From a virus (Duplodnaviria; Caudoviricetes): 64,000 nucleotides of DNA. Each line of letters begins with the position of its first letter. The first letter of the stretch is position 1. The DNA lies in IMG/VR virus record IMGVR_UViG_3300025120_010521; one strand, written 5' to 3'. The position numbers and the translations under genes are program-made. Under the pieces are notes generated by a model that saw only the letters and a list, made by a program, of their open reading frames with translations, was not told the origin of the DNA and made no database searches. This document shows positions 19,532 to 28,931 of this stretch, in pieces.

Positions 19532-19902
19532 TTAATATTGATTTCTGTTAAGCCTCGTTCTCTATTCAAATACTTGTACTCAACTTTTACAGGATCAAAT
19601 TGTTTAATTTCTTCAAATATAACATCTGTTGGTAAACTACCACAAGTATATACGTCAAGTTGTAATAATCCTGGATCTGTTTCGTCCCAACAATGTAATG
19701 CTATATGAGATGTTTCAATAATCACTAAACCAGTTAAGCCTCTATTACCAGGCATGTTTAGATATGTTGTAATTGGTCCTTGACATATTTGCATACCAAT
19801 TTTTGCTACTAAATCTGTTAACCATGTATGAGCCCATTTTTGATTAGTAGGTGGTTTTTTTACTTCAGCTCTAACTATTAGATGTTTGTGTTCAACTGTC
19901 AT
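19522..19902 (-). CDS. speD: S-adenosylmethionine decarboxylase proenzyme (prokaryotic short type)
   Basis: [18 protein letters not shown]...LDVYTCG. Start set at the ATGA overlap with the upstream stop. Confidence 0.85.
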   Translation of the reverse strand: MTVEHKHLIVRAEVKKPPTNQKWAHTWLTDLVAKIGMQICQGPITTYLNMPGNRGLTGLVIIETSHIALHCWDETDPGLLQLDVYTCGSLPTDVIFEEIKQFDPVKVEYKYLNRERGLTEINIKGD

Positions 19903-21263
19903 TTTAAAACTAATGGACAATATTCTTCGATTGCCATATTCCTATTTTTATCTAAAACTTTATTAAACTTAACAAAATCATCATAGTACTTTTTATGCTT
20001 GTTATCATTTAGGCAACTTGTTAACCAATGAATAACATTATTAAACTGTGTTTCTAATCTATATCTATCTTCTTCACTATGCATTGTGCTTTTTAATAAG
20101 TCTACATTTACTTTTTTTATTTTTTTTATACTTTCATCTAATATACTAACAGGTAATACATTAGAATGCAAGTGTTTAGGCCATTGTAATCTTGATGTGT
20201 GCCAATTACATTTTAACTCATTAACTATCCATGTTCCTGTTTCTGCCAAATATGGAGTATTTAATGCTTGAACTGTTGTTGTAGCTTTTATTTCTACTTT
20301 ACTTCCAAGTTCTTTTCTTACTATTGCTAGATTTTCTTTTAATAACCAACTATCAGCACCATGTCTTATATATTCATTTCTTTTTGGATCACCATCAATA
20401 CTAATTGTAAGTTTAATACTTTTAAATTTTTTCCAAAGTTCAATAATATCCATTTTTTTACTAAAGTTTAACTTGCTAAGATTAGTACTATATTTTAAAA
20501 TAATATTTTCAGTCTTTATGTTTTCTTGTTCGCCTAGTATCTTTAAAATTTTAAATACTAAAGGATCTAATAAAGGTTCACCGCCTGCAAATTCTACTTC
20601 ATCTAATGACGGGGCAAGTTCTTTAAATTCTTCAATAAAGTTTTTCTGTTGTTCAAATAAATTGATTAGCGGACTTTTATGCATGTTGAAACGTTTAATA
20701 TCATTTTCAACCGGGCCTCTATCTCCTTCCGGATAAAACTCTTTTACACTATCCCAATCTGCCATCCAAGGTGTAGAATCTTTTGGCCAACACATTCTAC
20801 ATTTAAAATTACATAAATTTGATGGCTTTAATTCTAATACTGGAATTGTAAAAGGAAATGTATCTGATTTATTATTTGAATAGTCTATCCAATCTTTTAC
20901 ATTTTTAGAGTATCTATCTATTCTTGTAATATTTTGTCCTTGACGTAAACTCATTATACCTTTATTTTCCATTGACCAACAATTTACACATTCAGGTAAA
21001 TTATTTTTGTTGCCACTAATCATATCTTGTCTAATTTTGTTCATACGGTCACTATACCATATATCTTTAAATGTAGTATCTGAAGCATCTGCTATTTTTT
21101 GAGACCTACAGCACAAACGTATTTGTCCGTTTGGTGTTGTACTTAAATGCATAAAAGGTTGTATACAGAACGTATCAGTATTTAAATCATTATCAAGTTT
21201 TTTAGATAATTGATTTATCTTATCAACTGAGTATTTTTGTTGTTCGTCATTAGAGTTAGCCAT
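19899..21263 (-). CDS. radical SAM protein with N-terminal SPASM/twitch-like domain
   Basis: CNFKCRMC and FAGGEP; N-terminal CIQPF...LCC...CVNC. Probable start MANS (track gives 21278). Confidence 0.88.
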   Translation of the reverse strand: MANSNDEQQKYSVDKINQLSKKLDNDLNTDTFCIQPFMHLSTTPNGQIRLCCRSQKIADASDTTFKDIWYSDRMNKIRQDMISGNKNNLPECVNCWSMENKGIMSLRQGQNITRIDRYSKNVKDWIDYSNNKSDTFPFTIPVLELKPSNLCNFKCRMCWPKDSTPWMADWDSVKEFYPEGDRGPVENDIKRFNMHKSPLINLFEQQKNFIEEFKELAPSLDEVEFAGGEPLLDPLVFKILKILGEQENIKTENIILKYSTNLSKLNFSKKMDIIELWKKFKSIKLTISIDGDPKRNEYIRHGADSWLLKENLAIVRKELGSKVEIKATTTVQALNTPYLAETGTWIVNELKCNWHTSRLQWPKHLHSNVLPVSILDESIKKIKKVNVDLLKSTMHSEEDRYRLETQFNNVIHWLTSCLNDNKHKKYYDDFVKFNKVLDKNRNMAIEEYCPLVLK

Positions 21264-21291
21264 ACATTTTACCTTCAAAAAGTAAGCCTAA

Positions 21292-22041
21292 CTACTTTTT
21301 TTTAAAAATTGGAATTGGGTCCATTTTATGTAGATTCAGCTTTCTTATGCTATGATATTTATCTAGTAAATCTATGTCTGGTCCAATTGCAATAGCACCT
21401 TTTTCGTCTAGTTCCATTGCTCTTTCCATTTGTTCATAAGATAAACCGCCTAGCTGATCTTTATCTGTTCTACCATCTTCCCATAACCCATCGGTTGGAG
21501 GTGCATCAATTATTTCTTGTAGGACACCTAAATCTTTTCCTAGTTGCCAAACTTCTGATTTCATTAGGTCTGCTAATGGAGATATATCAACTCCGCCATC
21601 ACCATATTTTGTATAAAAACCTACTCCAAAGTCTTCTACTTTATTACCTGTGCCTACAACAAGTCCTTTTTTAGCACCCGATATATGATGTAGTGTAAGC
21701 ATTCTAAGTCTTGCTTTTGTGTTTGCAAATGCATGTTCACTGCCGTAATCATTAAATGTATCTAACCAAAATCTTTCATAAGTCCTATTTAGATCAATTA
21801 CTTCATGTGTTACATTGTTAAATTTTTCTTCTAACCAAGATCCATGATCCATACTTAAATCATGTTGATCTTCAATTTGGTTTATTGGCATAGAGACTGC
21901 AATGGTTTTCATTCTAGTCATAGCACACAATGTACTGACTACTGACGAATCAATGCCTCCTGATATTCCTACTACTAATGTTTTACGATTATTTTCGTTG
22001 GCGTATCTTTTTATCCATTTAGAAATGTCGTCTTGTATCAT
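21292..22041 (-). CDS. nadE: NH3-dependent NAD+ synthetase
   Basis: GISGGIDSSV, ANTKARLRM, GTGNKVE, FYTKYGDGGVDISPLADL, APPTDGLW. Confidence 0.95.
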   Translation of the reverse strand: MIQDDISKWIKRYANENNRKTLVVGISGGIDSSVVSTLCAMTRMKTIAVSMPINQIEDQHDLSMDHGSWLEEKFNNVTHEVIDLNRTYERFWLDTFNDYGSEHAFANTKARLRMLTLHHISGAKKGLVVGTGNKVEDFGVGFYTKYGDGGVDISPLADLMKSEVWQLGKDLGVLQEIIDAPPTDGLWEDGRTDKDQLGGLSYEQMERAMELDEKGAIAIGPDIDLLDKYHSIRKLNLHKMDPIPIFKKK

Positions 22042-22047
22042 GGAGTA

Positions 22048-22404
22048 TTATCTCCTTTTGACTTTTTTCTTTGGAGTGCCGTATTCAGCCGCCTCGGCTT
22101 CTTTCCTTAATTTAAAAGCTCTTCTTATTGCACGTTTTTTATCTTCACGTTTTACAAAAGATGGCTTCATGTAGTATCTTCTATCACGAAGTTCTTGCAT
22201 GACTCCTTCTTTTAATAACATCTTTTTAAGTTTACGCATAGCTTTTTCAACGTTGTTGTCAACAACTGCAACAGCCATACCTGGTAACTTAGGTGGACGT
22301 GGTCTTCTCTCTTTGAAATCTCTTTTGTTAGAATTAGAATTATATTCTATATCAAAAGATTTTACATCAATTTTTTGTCTAGGTTTTCCTGTTTTCATAT
22401 TCAT
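22048..22404 (-). CDS. rpsU: ribosomal protein bS21 with long basic N-terminal extension
   Basis: VVDNNVEKAMRKLKK...RDRRYYMKPSFVKR bS21 core. Confidence 0.88.
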   Translation of the reverse strand: MNMKTGKPRQKIDVKSFDIEYNSNSNKRDFKERRPRPPKLPGMAVAVVDNNVEKAMRKLKKMLLKEGVMQELRDRRYYMKPSFVKREDKKRAIRRAFKLRKEAEAAEYGTPKKKVKRR

Positions 22405-22413
22405 AATACTCTT

Positions 22414-22441
22414 ATATTAACATCTTTACAATATTTGTCAA
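22414..22441 (-). promoter_or_regulatory. sigma70-type promoter TTGACA-N16-TAATAT
   Basis: Perfect -35 box upstream of rpsU-nadE; weaker -10 box. Confidence 0.5.
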
Positions 22442-22998
22442 CTCTTTTTTGTATCACTATCTTTATCTTTAGTAATAACAGCTATAATTCTGTTTCCAGC
22501 TTGTTTTGGTGGTGAATCATATTTAGTTTGCTCTAATTTTTTAACCATCATATTAATTTGATCAATGAACATTCTGCCGTTTGGTATTTCTCTACCTCGT
22601 AGCTTCATAACTATTTTTACCTTATCTCCATCGTTAATAAACTCTTGAGCTTTTTTAAGTTTAACATTAAGATCATGTACATCAATATTTGGCCTAAATT
22701 GTAATTCACGTAACTCTATTCTATTTTGTCTTTCAAGTTTTTTCTTTTGCTTGTCTTTTTTTTGTTTTTCATAGTTCCATTTTCCAAAATCCATAATACG
22801 ACATACAGGCGGATCAGCTTTTACTGTTGTGCATATAAGATCTAAATTACTTTCTTTTGCTTTTGAAAGTGCTGTTTTATTATCAACTATTCCAATAAAT
22901 GCTCCATCTGGGTCAATAAGTCTAACTTTTGGAAATGTAATTGCTGAATTTAACAATACACTTGGTTGTTGATTTCTGTAACGAAATGGTTTTTTCAC
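22438..22998 (-). CDS. infC: translation initiation factor IF-3
   Basis: VRLIDPDG, LDLI..ADPPVCRIMDFGK, ELQFRPNIDVHD, GDKVKIVMKLRGRE. Confidence 0.94.
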   Translation of the reverse strand: MKKPFRYRNQQPSVLLNSAITFPKVRLIDPDGAFIGIVDNKTALSKAKESNLDLICTTVKADPPVCRIMDFGKWNYEKQKKDKQKKKLERQNRIELRELQFRPNIDVHDLNVKLKKAQEFINDGDKVKIVMKLRGREIPNGRMFIDQINMMVKKLEQTKYDSPPKQAGNRIIAVITKDKDSDTKKS

Positions 22999-24254
22999 TA
23001 TGCTCCGTTTTTCTTATCTACTGTTTTGTAAATTAGCATTGGTGACTTACTTTCTGTTATTACTGTATCATTAATTACAATTTTTTCAACATCTTGTTGT
23101 TTTAGTAATGGCAATTCATATTGTAATTCTAATAGAATTTTTTCAAGAACAGAACGTAATCCTCTAGCACCAATTTTCTTTTCTAATGCTTCACTGGCTA
23201 CAACTTCTATAGCTTCTTTTGTAAATTCTAATTTTACTCCATCTAACTTAAACATTTTTTCAAATTGTTTTAACACTGCGTTTTTTGGCTTGGTTAAAAC
23301 GTGTATAAGGTCTGTATGCGTTAAACTATGACATGCTACTACAACTGGCAGTCGACCTACCATTTCTGGTATAAGACCAAATTTAACAACATCATCCGGT
23401 TGTACTTTTGATAATATTTGATCAAATTCTTCTTGTGACTCAAAGTTAGACATAAATCCCATTGATGTGTTTACATTTAATCTACGTTTAACAATTTCAT
23501 CCAAACCAACAAATGCTCCACCACATATAAACAAAATATTTGTAGTATCAACTTCAATTAAATCTTGTTGTGGATGTTTTCTTCCTCCTTGTGGCGGAAC
23601 TCTAACAGTTGTACCTTCAAGTAATTTTAATAATGCTTGTTGTACACCTTCACCTGATACATCTCTTGTAATTGATGTGTTTTCTGACTTACGTGACTTT
23701 TTGTCTATTTCGTCAATATATACAATACCTCGTTGGGCACGGTCAACATCAAAATCACAACTTTGTAACAGTCTTAGAATAATATTTTCAACATCATCAC
23801 CAACATAACCACTTTCAGTTAATGTTGTTGCATCTGCTTGGGCAAATGGTACATCTAAATAATCTGCAACTTTCTGAGCCAACAATGTTTTACCGCAACC
23901 ACTTGGCCCAGCTAATAATACATTTGACTTTTCTAATTCTACTCCGTCAACAACAGGATTATTTAATCTTTTATAATGATTATAAACTGCAACACTTAAA
24001 ACTTTTTTTGCTTGTTCTTGTCCAATTACATGTTCATCTAAATGTAATTTTAATTCATCAGGTATAATAACTTTTAAGGCTTTAGTTTCTTTGCCGTCTG
24101 CTTTTTGAATATCGTTTTCTTCTAATATTGAATAGCATAAGTCTACACATTCATTACATATATAAACTTTAGGTCCTGCAATTAGTTTTGTAACTTTAGA
24201 TCTTTCTTTACCACAGAACGAACAACTGTAGGAATCATCTTTTTTCTTAACCAT
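22998..24254 (-). CDS. clpX: ATP-dependent Clp protease ATP-binding subunit
   Basis: CSFCGK zinc domain, GPSGCGKT Walker [30 protein letters not shown]. Confidence 0.97.
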   Translation of the reverse strand: MVKKKDDSYSCSFCGKERSKVTKLIAGPKVYICNECVDLCYSILEENDIQKADGKETKALKVIIPDELKLHLDEHVIGQEQAKKVLSVAVYNHYKRLNNPVVDGVELEKSNVLLAGPSGCGKTLLAQKVADYLDVPFAQADATTLTESGYVGDDVENIILRLLQSCDFDVDRAQRGIVYIDEIDKKSRKSENTSITRDVSGEGVQQALLKLLEGTTVRVPPQGGRKHPQQDLIEVDTTNILFICGGAFVGLDEIVKRRLNVNTSMGFMSNFESQEEFDQILSKVQPDDVVKFGLIPEMVGRLPVVVACHSLTHTDLIHVLTKPKNAVLKQFEKMFKLDGVKLEFTKEAIEVVASEALEKKIGARGLRSVLEKILLELQYELPLLKQQDVEKIVINDTVITESKSPMLIYKTVDKKNGA

Positions 24255-24255
24255 T

Positions 24256-24600
24256 CTAATCCTTCTTGTCTATTTTACCAACATAAGGTTTAATCCAACC
24301 AACCGGCTTTGGCTTATCCTTTGATTTTTTTAAACTGTCAGCTTTTATTGTTTTATTTATAATAGCACGATTTTGCTCAATGTCAATCTCTTTTTTAAAT
24401 TCTTTCATAGACAATCTAAGGTCTTCTTTAAATTTCATTATTATTTCTGGCCTACCTAAAAGTTGACTTACTTGTATTTGTTCTTTAGGTTTTATTTCTA
24501 TTTCTTCAACCTTAATTTGTTTGTGAGTTATTTCTTTTTTCTCTGGAATTATATTAACATTATCTTCAATATTTAATTGAATTCTGTCATTCGCGGTCAG
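24256..24600 (-). CDS. open frame probably continuing the upstream 24597-25991 protein (-1 frame); first ATG only at 24438
   Basis: The frame is open from the A9 run (about 24611) to the stop at 24256, and the 54 codons before the first ATG look protein-like. Confidence 0.55.
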   Translation of the reverse strand: MTANDRIQLNIEDNVNIIPEKKEITHKQIKVEEIEIKPKEQIQVSQLLGRPEIIMKFKEDLRLSMKEFKKEIDIEQNRAIINKTIKADSLKKSKDKPKPVGWIKPYVGKIDKKD

Positions 24601-25991
24601 TCTTTTTTTTTCTTAACGTCATCATTTGATTTGACATTTATCGACTCATCGATGTTAATAACTGTTTTTTCTGGTTTTTCTTTTGCTATTTGATTCTGAT
24701 ATTCTAATTGCTCTTGTAATTCTTGTTCTGTTTGTGAAAGTTTTTCACGAAATTCATCTAGTTCAACTTCATGTCTTTTTTTTAGATCATCAATAACTTC
24801 ATCATCTAAATTAGATTGGTTATCATCTTGTTTAGGTTCTTCACTAGTAGAATACTTTTTTACTAATTCTGGATCATATTGTTTTTCAAACCCTCTACCA
24901 AAGCGTCTAATAAACGACATGTTTGCCGCAATTAAAAGTAATACAGCAAGTGGATCAAATACAAATATGATAATAATAATTACCCAACGTACTGCCGCTT
25001 CTAATAAATTTTGATTTGCTTCTTGTCCATACACGAATTCAGCAATATATTTTAATGGACCAACTTCAACTTCTAATTGTGCTTGTTTGCTAATTAATAC
25101 AATTTTATCTTCATTAACTGTGTCAATTTTATCTTGTTCAGCTTCAATTTGATCTTCTAGTGCAATAATTTTACCGTCAATATCACCTGTCTTTGTGTTT
25201 GCTTGGCCTTTGTAATCTTGTATTATTGTTTCAATACTTTTAATTTGATCAGTATATTTAGAATCGACTCCAGCAAGATCTTCTTTTAATTTAGTTTGTG
25301 TTTGTACTATTATCTTTTGAGCCGCTGATGCTACAGCAAGTTCATTTGCTGTTGCTTTTGCTATTGCTTCATCTAAACCTTTTTTACTAAATGATCCTTT
25401 AAAACGTTCTTGTGCCGCGGCAATGTCTGCTTCTTTACGTTCTTGTGCTTGTACAAGTCTATTGTTTTGTAATTCAATATCTTTATCTGCTTGATCTCTT
25501 AATGTTTGTTTTTCACTGTCAATACGTGCATATAGTTTATCTAGTTCTACAAGCTCTTTATCAATTAAATTATCAACTCTAACATCTTCGCCTTTTGATA
25601 ATCTTTGAATATCTAAAGACCAACGTTCTATTCTATTTTCTGAACGTAATAACTTTTCTTCAATGGTTGCTAATTTTTCTGTACCAATTGTACCTAATGA
25701 TGTTTGCTCAACATGTGCTTTGGATAAAAAACCAAATATACCCATTGACGTAATAAACATTAATACTACTACTGCTATAGACAAATATGATTTAATAAGA
25801 ATTGGCGTTACTTTCCAATTTTGGTATAGCCATGAAGCTGTAACAAGTTTTCCAACTTCTAATACTGAACCCATAACCATAATTGGAATCGCCGCACCTG
25901 CAAAGATTGCCGCCAAACCTAGTATGGAATAATATATTGCAACTGCTGAAATACTTAGGGCAGTCACCAATGTTAATAGCGCCATAAACAT
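24597..25991 (-). CDS. membrane-anchored coiled-coil protein
   Basis: N-terminal TM cluster (ALSISAVAIYYS...LEVGKLV), long coiled coil, EVGPLKYIA, VFDPLAVLLLIAAN. Confidence 0.75.
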   Translation of the reverse strand: MFMALLTLVTALSISAVAIYYSILGLAAIFAGAAIPIMVMGSVLEVGKLVTASWLYQNWKVTPILIKSYLSIAVVVLMFITSMGIFGFLSKAHVEQTSLGTIGTEKLATIEEKLLRSENRIERWSLDIQRLSKGEDVRVDNLIDKELVELDKLYARIDSEKQTLRDQADKDIELQNNRLVQAQERKEADIAAAQERFKGSFSKKGLDEAIAKATANELAVASAAQKIIVQTQTKLKEDLAGVDSKYTDQIKSIETIIQDYKGQANTKTGDIDGKIIALEDQIEAEQDKIDTVNEDKIVLISKQAQLEVEVGPLKYIAEFVYGQEANQNLLEAAVRWVIIIIIFVFDPLAVLLLIAANMSFIRRFGRGFEKQYDPELVKKYSTSEEPKQDDNQSNLDDEVIDDLKKRHEVELDEFREKLSQTEQELQEQLEYQNQIAKEKPEKTVINIDESINVKSNDDVKKKKD

Positions 25992-26014
25992 AATAATATT
26001 ATTTATATGAAATT

Positions 26015-26383
26015 TTAGCCATTCTTTGGCTTGTTATTGAATACCATTGTAAGATACATTTCAGTTTCACCTGTGTTTGTTATATAATGTTCTTCTTTTC
26101 CATCATATAAAATAACAGATCCTTGTTGGATTTTGAAAGTATTTTTACCAATTGTTATAGTTCCAGTCCCTGAATGAATATAATAAATTTCATCATTGTT
26201 TGGGTGCGAATGACTGAAGGACTTTTTACCAGGTTGAATTGTTATGCCTCCAAGTGATAGTGTTTCTAATTGGTTTGTTTCAACTACAGAATAACTTTTA
26301 TTTTCATCTGTAGTTTCACCATTAATTTTATAATCTTTAAAAATGTTAATTTCAAACTTTTCTTTTAATACATCATCTATCAT
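26015..26383 (-). CDS. cupin domain protein
   Basis: HSHPNNDEIYYIHSGTG and H...NTG cupin motifs. Confidence 0.85.
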   Translation of the reverse strand: MIDDVLKEKFEINIFKDYKINGETTDENKSYSVVETNQLETLSLGGITIQPGKKSFSHSHPNNDEIYYIHSGTGTITIGKNTFKIQQGSVILYDGKEEHYITNTGETEMYLTMVFNNKPKNG

Positions 26384-27039
26384 ATTGTTTCTTTCATTTG
26401 AAAACTATCAGTAAATTTTAAAAACCAATTCATAAATTCATTTTGATTTATTACCCATTTTAACTTCTCTTCGTTTGAAAAGTCATTTTGTCTCACAGAC
26501 AATTTGCCATTAATTTTGTAATTTGGAATATCTTCAAACCATATTAGTTTTTCAATTTTTAATACTTTTTGTTTTTCTTCTAAATCTTTTAGCCTGTAAA
26601 CCATATCATCAAACCATTCTTTTTTATAATAAAAATCTTCGCTTAACCCATTTTTTGATTTTGATTCTGGATCAAAGTTTACCCACTCATTAGTAGTCCA
26701 ACCAACTCCATAACTTATAAATTGTCCTAGTAAATCTTTTCTTTTTACAAGAATCACAGGCGCTTCTGATATGTAATCAAATATATGTTTGCTCATATCT
26801 GGACCTGGATGCATTTTCCAAATAGTTTTATCTTTGAGGGTTGCTATTCTTAATTTTGTTTCTTTGTCAATTCCTTCAACATCACCAAGTTTTGGCCATC
26901 CAGGATGGTCTGGTTCAAAATGTTCAAACCCTTTATCTTCTGATAATGCTGTATACTCTAGATATTCGTTTGAATACCATCTAGTAATAAAACTAGATCC
27001 ACTCCTCGGTGTACCTAAAATAATTTTGTGGTTTTTCAT
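26380..27039 (-). CDS. sulfotransferase-like protein
   Basis: ILGTPRSGSS resembles the 5'-PSB loop; KRKDLLGQFIS resembles the 3'-PB region. Confidence 0.6.
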   Translation of the reverse strand: MKNHKIILGTPRSGSSFITRWYSNEYLEYTALSEDKGFEHFEPDHPGWPKLGDVEGIDKETKLRIATLKDKTIWKMHPGPDMSKHIFDYISEAPVILVKRKDLLGQFISYGVGWTTNEWVNFDPESKSKNGLSEDFYYKKEWFDDMVYRLKDLEEKQKVLKIEKLIWFEDIPNYKINGKLSVRQNDFSNEEKLKWVINQNEFMNWFLKFTDSFQMKETI

Positions 27040-27488
27040 TACACTTTATAGATAGCTGAATTGGCACCATGTTCCATGCATTCGCAACTAATTACGTAGC
27101 ATCTGTTATTTGTTGCTTCTCTAATAAGTCCATCTGCATATTCAAAGGCATGTTGAGCAAACTTTTCTGCTCCTACACCATCAAACAATCTAACTTCTGC
27201 AAGATCTTTATCTTGTAGTTCCATAAATGTTGACAAGTGTGGATCATTCTTATCTAAACAAAGTTTGTGATCAAAATGATCTTCAAGCCACTTTTTTAAG
27301 GGCTTTAATCCGCCAAAGTCAACTGCCCAATTTTTATTATCAAGCTCTGTACATCCAAAAGTAAATTTAAATGCTAAACTATAACCATGTAGTAGGTGAC
27401 AGTGGGAATGATCTGCGTTTGGTTGTCTGAATACTGCACTCAACCCAATGTTGTGTCCGTAATGTTTTGTACTATAGTAATTTGCCAT
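27039..27488 (-). CDS. queD: 6-carboxy-5,6,7,8-tetrahydropterin synthase (QueD/PTPS family)
   Basis: SHCHLLHGY, WAVDFGGLK, FDHK, CECMEH. Confidence 0.88.
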   Translation of the reverse strand: MANYYSTKHYGHNIGLSAVFRQPNADHSHCHLLHGYSLAFKFTFGCTELDNKNWAVDFGGLKPLKKWLEDHFDHKLCLDKNDPHLSTFMELQDKDLAEVRLFDGVGAEKFAQHAFEYADGLIREATNNRCYVISCECMEHGANSAIYKV

Positions 27489-27549
27489 ATGTATCTCCTG
27501 TTTCTAACGGCAGAGTGTTTTGTGAGGGTTGACGTTGAGTCCTCAAATG

Positions 27550-27599
27550 CAAAGTGCGTTGTAGCATACTGTTAATAATACACTAAACAACGCACTTTG
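27550..27599. repeat. perfect 13-bp inverted repeat straddling the queD promoter
   Basis: CAAAGTGCGTTGT (27550-27562) and ACAACGCACTTTG (27587-27599), 24-nt spacer. Confidence 0.9.
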
Positions 27600-27603
27600 T
27601 CAA
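27575..27603 (-). promoter_or_regulatory. sigma70-type promoter TTGACA-N17-TATTAT upstream of queD
   Basis: Perfect -35 box, 17-nt spacer, 5/6 match at -10. Confidence 0.7.
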
Positions 27604-27608
27604 GAAGA

Positions 27609-27827
27609 TTACTTATGTGGGTCAAAATCTTTAGTTATTTTAGATTCTTTACCCTTAAAGTAGTGTTTTGATGGTTCGTAGGATAACCATCTCTTAAAGT
27701 GTTTCACGTTGTCCGACTGGTCGGCTGGCTCTCTTAATGATCTTCGCTGTTTACTGAATACAGCACCGAACATAAGGATCCCGTCGCCCATGGACCTAAA
27801 TATTTTTTCCATAGACTTATTCTCCAA
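27609..27827 (-). CDS. hypothetical small protein
   Basis: 72-aa ORF with GGAG SD upstream. Confidence 0.55.
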   Translation of the reverse strand: MENKSMEKIFRSMGDGILMFGAVFSKQRRSLREPADQSDNVKHFKRWLSYEPSKHYFKGKESKITKDFDPHK

Positions 27828-27910
27828 TTGTTAATTGGGATCGGCTTACCGTCTTTTGATGTAATCTGAGGCGTTGGGCTTACTACCAAATGTACTTATA
27901 TTTTTTTCTC

Positions 27911-27937
27911 AAAAGAAGCCTATAATAGGCCGTTTTT
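27911..27937 (-). terminator. small hairpin with T-rich tail
   Basis: GCCTA-TTA-TAGGC followed by TTCTTTT directly after the 27938-28108 ORF. Confidence 0.5.
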
Positions 27938-28108
27938 TTAAAGATAAAATCTGTTGTACAATGAACGAAAACTTCTTCCGTTAAATTGACGTCTGTCTAG
28001 TTCACGTTGACGTCTTTCTAGGTCAGCAAGATCTTTTGATTTTGACAGATATACTTCTTCATCTGTCATTGATAATCTGTGTAACCAATTCTTTATTGCT
28101 TTAATCAT
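27938..28108 (-). CDS. DUF3563-like small protein, 56 aa (absent from ORF track)
   Basis: MIKAIKNWLHRLSMTDEEVYLSKSKDLADLERRQRELD...; the YLxxSxDxxDLERR pattern is as I recall for DUF3563. ATGA coupling. Confidence 0.7.
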   Translation of the reverse strand: MIKAIKNWLHRLSMTDEEVYLSKSKDLADLERRQRELDRRQFNGRSFRSLYNRFYL

Positions 28109-28260
28109 TTAACCTTTTTTCCTTCTTTCAACATTTGGTAAGCATACAATGGGTCGTTTCTAAATTCTGTTATTGCATACTGCCACAATGGGTCTGATGT
28201 CTTCTTACTATTTGCAGGAGCACTTATTAAGCTACTCCAAAGTCCTCTTAAATATTTCAT
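28105..28260 (-). CDS. hypothetical 51-aa protein (absent from ORF track)
   Basis: MKYLRGLWSSLISAPANSKKTSDPLWQYAITEFRNDPLYAYQMLKEGKKVK; TAATG and ATGA coupling on both sides. Confidence 0.65.
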   Translation of the reverse strand: MKYLRGLWSSLISAPANSKKTSDPLWQYAITEFRNDPLYAYQMLKEGKKVK

Positions 28261-28316
28261 TACTTGTTCTTTCTCTTACTGATCCAATCGATCTCTTCTT
28301 CCGTATAAGGCCACAT
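28260..28316 (-). CDS. 18-aa micro-ORF MWPYTEEEIDWISKRKNK (absent from ORF track)
   Basis: Strong AGGAGG SD; stop codon overlaps the next start (TAATG). Confidence 0.6.
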   Translation of the reverse strand: MWPYTEEEIDWISKRKNK

Positions 28317-28489
28317 TGCCTGATCTCCTCTGTCATTAATGATAGATTATGTGATTTGTGTGGTATTGCTACCAAACTTATTTATAGCTAATATAACACA
28401 AAAAATAAGATTTACAACTGTTTTTAACGCAAAGCAGGTATGCAATTTTGATATAGCTAGTTACTTAATGCTATGCAATTTTATTATAT

Positions 28490-28912
28490 CTACTCTTTTA
28501 TAGATATACTCATAGAACGACATGATCCTTCTACCTGAGCCATTGCTTGTTCTATAGTAAAAGCATTCATATCTTCCATTTTTTCTTCGGCTATTTTTTT
28601 AATTTGTGCTTTAGTAATATACTTAATTGTATTACGCCCTGGTGTTTTACCACCTTTTTTAAGACCAACTGCTTTTAATATAAAATATGTAACAGGTGGT
28701 TTATTGAGAGTAAATTTAAAACTCTTGTCTTTATAAACTGTAATTAGACAAGGTATTGGACCTTCTAAGGCTTTTGTTTTATCATTAAAGCTCTTACAAA
28801 ATTCCATTATATTAACACCACGTTGACCTAGTGCAGGTCCAACTGGTGGGGCTGGTTTAGCCTGTCCAGCCTCTATTATTAATTTCAGAGTACCAGTTAC
28901 TTCTTTTGCCAT
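28490..28912 (-). CDS. rplK: ribosomal protein uL11
   Basis: [53 protein letters not shown]; GGAGG SD. Confidence 0.95.
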   Translation of the reverse strand: MAKEVTGTLKLIIEAGQAKPAPPVGPALGQRGVNIMEFCKSFNDKTKALEGPIPCLITVYKDKSFKFTLNKPPVTYFILKAVGLKKGGKTPGRNTIKYITKAQIKKIAEEKMEDMNAFTIEQAMAQVEGSCRSMSISIKE

Positions 28913-28931
28913 AAACCTCCAAGGTTATGTA

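Noticed and set aside
27500-27550. Definitive preQ1 riboswitch call
   Set aside because: Size and context fit, but the loop nucleotides deviate and the pseudoknot pairing is only 4 bp. Kept only as a candidate.
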